From assembly GCF_009914755.1 (NCBI RefSeq), contig NC_060928.1: a stretch of DNA of 64,000 nt; one strand, given 5' to 3'. Made by a program: the position numbers and the translations under genes. Of this stretch, positions 59,059 to 64,000 are shown one piece after another. A model generated the notes under the pieces. The model was not told where the DNA came from. It saw only the letters and a program-made list of their open reading frames with translations, and made no database searches. Source of the stretch: the human T2T-CHM13v2.0 reference genome, Homo sapiens. Numbering within the stretch: the stretch's first letter is position 1; each line of letters starts with the position of its first letter.

Positions 59059-62000
59059 AGAAACAAATTCACATTCAACTATAAAACCTATTATCTCCCA
59101 AAAATTTCTCAAGTGGGGAAAAAGGATATGATAGAGATTGAAACCCTCTATCCCCAGAAGCCCTTCTTTTTGGCAATCCATGTAATTTATTGCTTAAGGC
59201 ATTTATTGGAGACAAGTTTCTTATGGCTCTTATTTGTTTATCTCTTGAGATGAGGAATATACCTGAACTTATCAAGTCAAAGCTAATATTCACTAACTTT
59301 AGTCTTGTATTACAATAAAAATAGCTCATTAGTTTTTTTCATTTTAAAAATATTATCTATTAATTGAGTTCTCACACCTGCCTCCTGCTCCACCCCAAGT
59401 GGTAACTAGCCACTGTTAATATTTTGGTCAACATCCTTTCAGATCTCTGTCTAAGGATATACACATAGGTATGATAGAGTTTTAAATTAAATATGTTTTT
59501 ATGTTTTGTTGATGACTTTTTTAAAGTTCAATAATACATTCTTCACATTTAGCACTCCATTTTAATATACATCAATATAAATGTGAAAATATGAAAGGCT
59601 AAAAATATATACCTTAGGCAGTAATTAGGATAATTAACAGAAGCAAATGTTTGGTGACTAGAAAGCATTAAATAAAATCACATATTTAAAATGCTTAACA
59701 CAGTGGCTATCACTTACTTAGTAGGCATTGAACCAATGACCCATTCTGGAGAAGAATCTGTATAGTATGTCTATATACTCATAAATAAGTACCACCTATT
59801 AAAAGATAGCTAGTAACAACCACCCGATGCTAACTTTGACTGGCTTTCAAAGAGATAGTAATTTCGGTGACTGAATCCTGTCCTTTCCCTCCCTAACCTC
59901 ACTGAGGAAGGGAAAATACAGTCTTATTCTCAGAAAGAAATCACATCAAGATATACCTTACCTCTCAAGTTTTGGGGAATATAAAAGGACTGATGAAACA
60001 TTAGACAACAGTAGTTCTCAATGGCTGGCTAGTTGGTTAGTTTTCCTGACAGTTTGTTAGGCCAGACAGAAGGCCTGAGGCCCATTTATACCATACCTTT
60101 CCAATTTCTTACAACAAAATGATCAAAAGGAATTTGAAAAAATAATTAAAGTGGTATAAAAATCTAGGTATATCATAATTAATAGGACTTAGTCTCCATT
60201 AACCCCCAAAATAACATCAAAATAGTCTCCCAAAAATATAATTGATTTTTATGAGAACTTAATGTAAACATGCAACAAGAGATCCACTCTCAACCCTTCA
60301 TGTAAACACATCTGTTGCTAATCATACGTTCAGAATCCCTTGCTTAGAGTATAGGCATAGTCATTCCATATCCTTTAATATTCTGGATTCTATAGACACT
60401 TCCAGCAGAGACAAACTCTATTAGAGCCATTAACTATAGCTATATAAAACCTTTAAGAATCAATCTCTAAATACTTATAAAAGCAAATAATAAAAAAATC
60501 TAAATTTGAGTAAAAGTAAACACAGTTTCTCTGACTTTAGGCTTTTATTTAGTGCCTGTCTTCAAATGTACTTCCTCCTTCCATTTTCTTCTGTACATCA
60601 GTTTAGATGACCAATAATTTTATCTTTGTCCTTCACAAGAATTGCATTAATTGCCTTGAGACATAATTGTGGAAACATTAACTGGTTTCTTTTGGCAACA
60701 TTTTATGGTAAATGTTCATTCACTGAAAGCTAAAGATATATAAATCCTGTGTATATATCTCATTTCACAAAATAAACAAAGATAGTTATATATGATTTCT
60801 TTCAGAGGCTTTAATCCGCAAATTCATTTGTTGGATGATATGCTTCTAATAAATAAACTACTAAAGACTTTTAAATTAGTCCTGAATTTTGTAGCAGTTC
60901 CATTTTGAGCTTTCATTATAATTCAAACCAAATTTATTATCTACTTATCTGGTTTATCCTGAAGCCTCTAACTTCTGGCTAAATCTTTCTCTGGTCTCTT
61001 TAAGACATATTCCTTACAAATACAACAAATTTTTATGATACAGGGGAAAATATCATAGTTCAGAACATAAATTTTTAAAGAGAAAAACAGCTTAGGTCAT
61101 GCTCCAATTTTTATTTTTCACCATCACTTTATGATCACTATGTTTTTATAACTTTCATGCAAAACAGCTGGTATTTAGCAATAATCAAATCACAATGCAT
61201 AACCCCATGCAGCAGGGTACAAAAAGCACAGGTGTTACTCCATATAAAGTTTAATTTTGCAATTTACATTTTTTACAATTTACTCCAAAGAATCAAAATA
61301 CAAATGAGGACAGTTGTTCTTCAAAAGGAACACCCCTAAATTATTATGAATGTGAGGAAAAATAACCTTTGCATTGGATTATAATTGTGAGCAAAAATAA
61401 CTAATATAACAAGCTTGTTTTGTTACAGACTATTAAATGTGACCACTCAAGATACTTAGAGCTCAAAATTCTTTGGTAAATCATCTTTATTTTATCTGCT
61501 AATGTTTTAACTCAAAAATTGTTATTAAAAATTTTAATCTTAATAAATTCTACATTTACTGTAAAATAAAATTCTTATAACTGAGATCCATCTTGCATCC
61601 ATCCAGAAAGTTTGTTATTGAAAATATTAACAAATCACTAGCTCTGAAAATAATTAAAATAATGAGGCTTGTGTATATTCTATTCAGTGATTTGATGCAA
61701 TTTTCCTTTGGTGGAGTTTCTTTCACAATATTTCAATAAGTTATAAGTTCAGCCATAAAATGACTGAAACATGCTAAATATTTAATAAAATTTTTTATTA
61801 TAATTTTGAGCAAAATGTCTTATAGTCAAAAACCTCTGAAGTCTACAGCTAGGACAAAACTAATGTCCTACATTAAGTGTATAGCACTTAACCCTTTACT
61901 CTCCAGAAAAATGTATAGCTGTTAGCCCTTCACTCTCCAGAAATAGAGTCTACAGCTAGGGCACTCCTACTGGAATGTTCCTAGAAGCTACGCTGAGGTA

Positions 62001-62109
62001 GGGAAAGCTGAGACTAGGCTGGATCACAAAAAGTCTGGGAGAGGACTAGATCATGAAGACCTGAAACAGCCAATGGGAGAATCCTAGATTATAGCAGAGA
62101 AACCAAAAG

Positions 62110-62222
62110 AGAACTGCCAATATAATTTTGGGGCATAATGCAACAAGAAAATGTGGAATTCCTTGTTCAAAACTCACTAAGAATTTCAAGACAGCAGTGG
62201 AGGAGATTTAAATTAAGTGTTT
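62110..62222 (-). mobile_element. MER45A-like hAT-Tip100 fossil, cut by the L1 that follows
   Basis: ATAATTTTGGGGC...GAAAATGTGGAATTCCTTGTTCAAAA...AAGAATTTCAAGAC. Confidence 0.7.
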
Positions 62223-62227
62223 GCATG

Positions 62228-63611
62228 GGGAAGGCAAGATGGCCAACTAGATGCAGACAAGTGAAACAGCTCCCATGGAGGGACTGAGATGACTGGCATG
62301 TTTTTTAACAGATCTTCAGAGGGAAGGTGCTGAAAGTGTATGGAGGAAAGACCCAGAAGCTGGGCTGAACAGAGAGAAAGCTAGGAACCCCACATGGGCT
62401 AAGAGCACCAGACTCATTTTTGAACCGCAACAGCACTGAGGGAATGGGTGAGTTAAACTGGCAAGGAGCAACCCACTCTCACCATGGGCCTTTGAAACCA
62501 TGGCAGGAAGGGACCCTTCAACTACTATGGACACTTGAGGTGGCAGAGAGAGCTGCTTAGAGAAGTGGTGGGGCAGCAAGCCAACTGAAGTAGAGCCCAG
62601 AGGATTTGATGCCAGAGCATCTGTAGTAGAACACAGCCAGGGACAGCCATTCCTCTAGGCTTGATTTGCTCCCATAAGAGACTTTAGCCCTAGGAGAACT
62701 GTCAGACTTGATCTGTTCAGGGAAGTCTTGGAAATCAGACGGGCCTGGTCTGACCTGAGCAACCCTTGGTCTGCTGGCCTCTCTCTGGGCCCAGCCTGGC
62801 CATGCCTGTTAACAGGGCAGTTTTGAATGCTCTGGGAGCCCACACCATAGCTTCTGCACAGGTGGACCATGCCCGAACACTGGATAGCTCCAGAGAGGCA
62901 GCCCTTACAGCCATACACCAGCCCACATACTCCCTCCCCATACGGCAGCTTTCCCCCAGAGCCCATGGCAACTCCCCACGTCACTTTGCTGGTATGTGTC
63001 TGCACAGGCAGGTTTTGTTTTACTTGCAACACCAGCACATGTGAGTGAAGTCTGCTTTGCCCTCCCCCAAATAAACAGCTATTGCAGAGGAAGCCTTGGC
63101 AGGCACAGAGCCAACAAGCCCCACCACCACCAGCACCACACCCTAGTGCTAACACGGCACAGAGAACTCCCACACCTTGAGTGATCACTCCTGCTTGTGG
63201 GGGACAGAGAAGGCACCCAGAGCTCTCCAGCCAGTACCCATCCCCAAGCCAACACCACCTCCAGTGCAACAGCACACAGTCTCCAGCAGAGGCCCCCTGC
63301 TTCCCCGCCAGCTGCCAGGCCTCCACAACTGTGGTGAATGCCCACGAGGAAGAAGGAACTCCTGCATCAGCTAGCACTTTGCTGCTCCTTGGTGCCCCCA
63401 GCGCAGTGAACTCTAAGCCTCAAGAAGCCAGAGAACAAAGTCGGGGACCAATACAAGTTCCCCAGAGTTAGAGCACACCATCCAGAGGTTGGGAGCTGTG
63501 TGCTGGCCCCCTAATATCTCCCATAAATGAAGCCATATCTACCTTATACCATCAAACCCTCCAGGTCATCAAAAAGGAAAAAAAAAAAACACACATCCAA
63601 AGGTCAGCAAC
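62228..63611 (+). mobile_element. LINE-1 L1PA15/16-like 5'UTR
   Basis: AAGATGGCCAACTAG start, GC-rich, homologous to 2280-2536, ends CATCCAAAGGTCAGCAAC. Confidence 0.8.
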
Positions 63612-64000
63612 TGATATAGTTTGGCTCTGTGTGCCCACCCAAGTCTCATCTTGAATTATGATCTTCAGTGTTGGAGGAGGGGCCTGGTAGGAGGTGGTTG
63701 GATCATGGGGGCAGACTTCCCCCTTGCTGTTCTCATGATAGTGTGTAGGTTCTCATAAGATTTGGTTGTTTAAAAGTGTGTATCACTTGCCTCTTTACTC
63801 TCTCTCTCTCCCGCCACTCTACCATGTGAAGAAGGTGCTTGCTTCCCCTTCACACTTCTATCATGATTGTAAGTTTCCGGAGGCACCCCCCAACCATGTG
63901 TCCTGGATAGCCTGTGGAACTTTGAGTCAGTTAAACCTCTTTTCTTCATAAATTAACCAGTCTCAGGTAGTTCTTTATAGCAGTGTGCAGAATGGACTAA
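63612..64000 (+). mobile_element. MaLR solo LTR (MSTA/MSTB) inserted in L1; nearly complete at the window edge
   Basis: TGATATAGTTTGGCTCTGTGTGCCCACCC...CTTTATAGCAGTGTGCAGAATGGACTAA. Confidence 0.92.

Noticed and set aside
62655-63377. 240-aa minus-strand ORF as a novel gene
   Set aside because: It is antisense to a GC-rich L1 5'UTR, has no recognisable domain, and overlapping ORFs occur in several frames.

Overview
Primate (most likely human) genomic DNA: AT-rich, gene-poor and dominated by interspersed repeats. It holds LINE-1 of many ages (L1ME/MC/MA, L1PB, L1PA16-13, L1PA8/7 and one full-length but disrupted L1PA3/4 at 24740-30910), MaLR/ERVL LTRs, an ERVL pol relic, four Alus plus a FLAM, and L2, MIR and DNA-transposon fossils. 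I recognise no intact cellular gene, RNA gene or CRISPR array. Three processed pseudogenes lie on the + strand within 24 kb: RPL5 (32059-33057), an almost 3'UTR-only CAP1 copy (51269-52415) and DUT (55436-56090). I found no convincing new biological system. The strongest leads are non-canonical retrotransposition footprints (a 110-bp target duplication with a 3' transduction, two tail-less L1 inserts with TSDs, a fold-back hairpin), two L1PA7 copies sharing private variants, and a speculative in-frame L1 ORF0-to-RPL5-retrocopy splice. Subfamily names and parent-gene comparisons come from recalled consensus sequences, not database searches; boundaries of old repeats are approximate.
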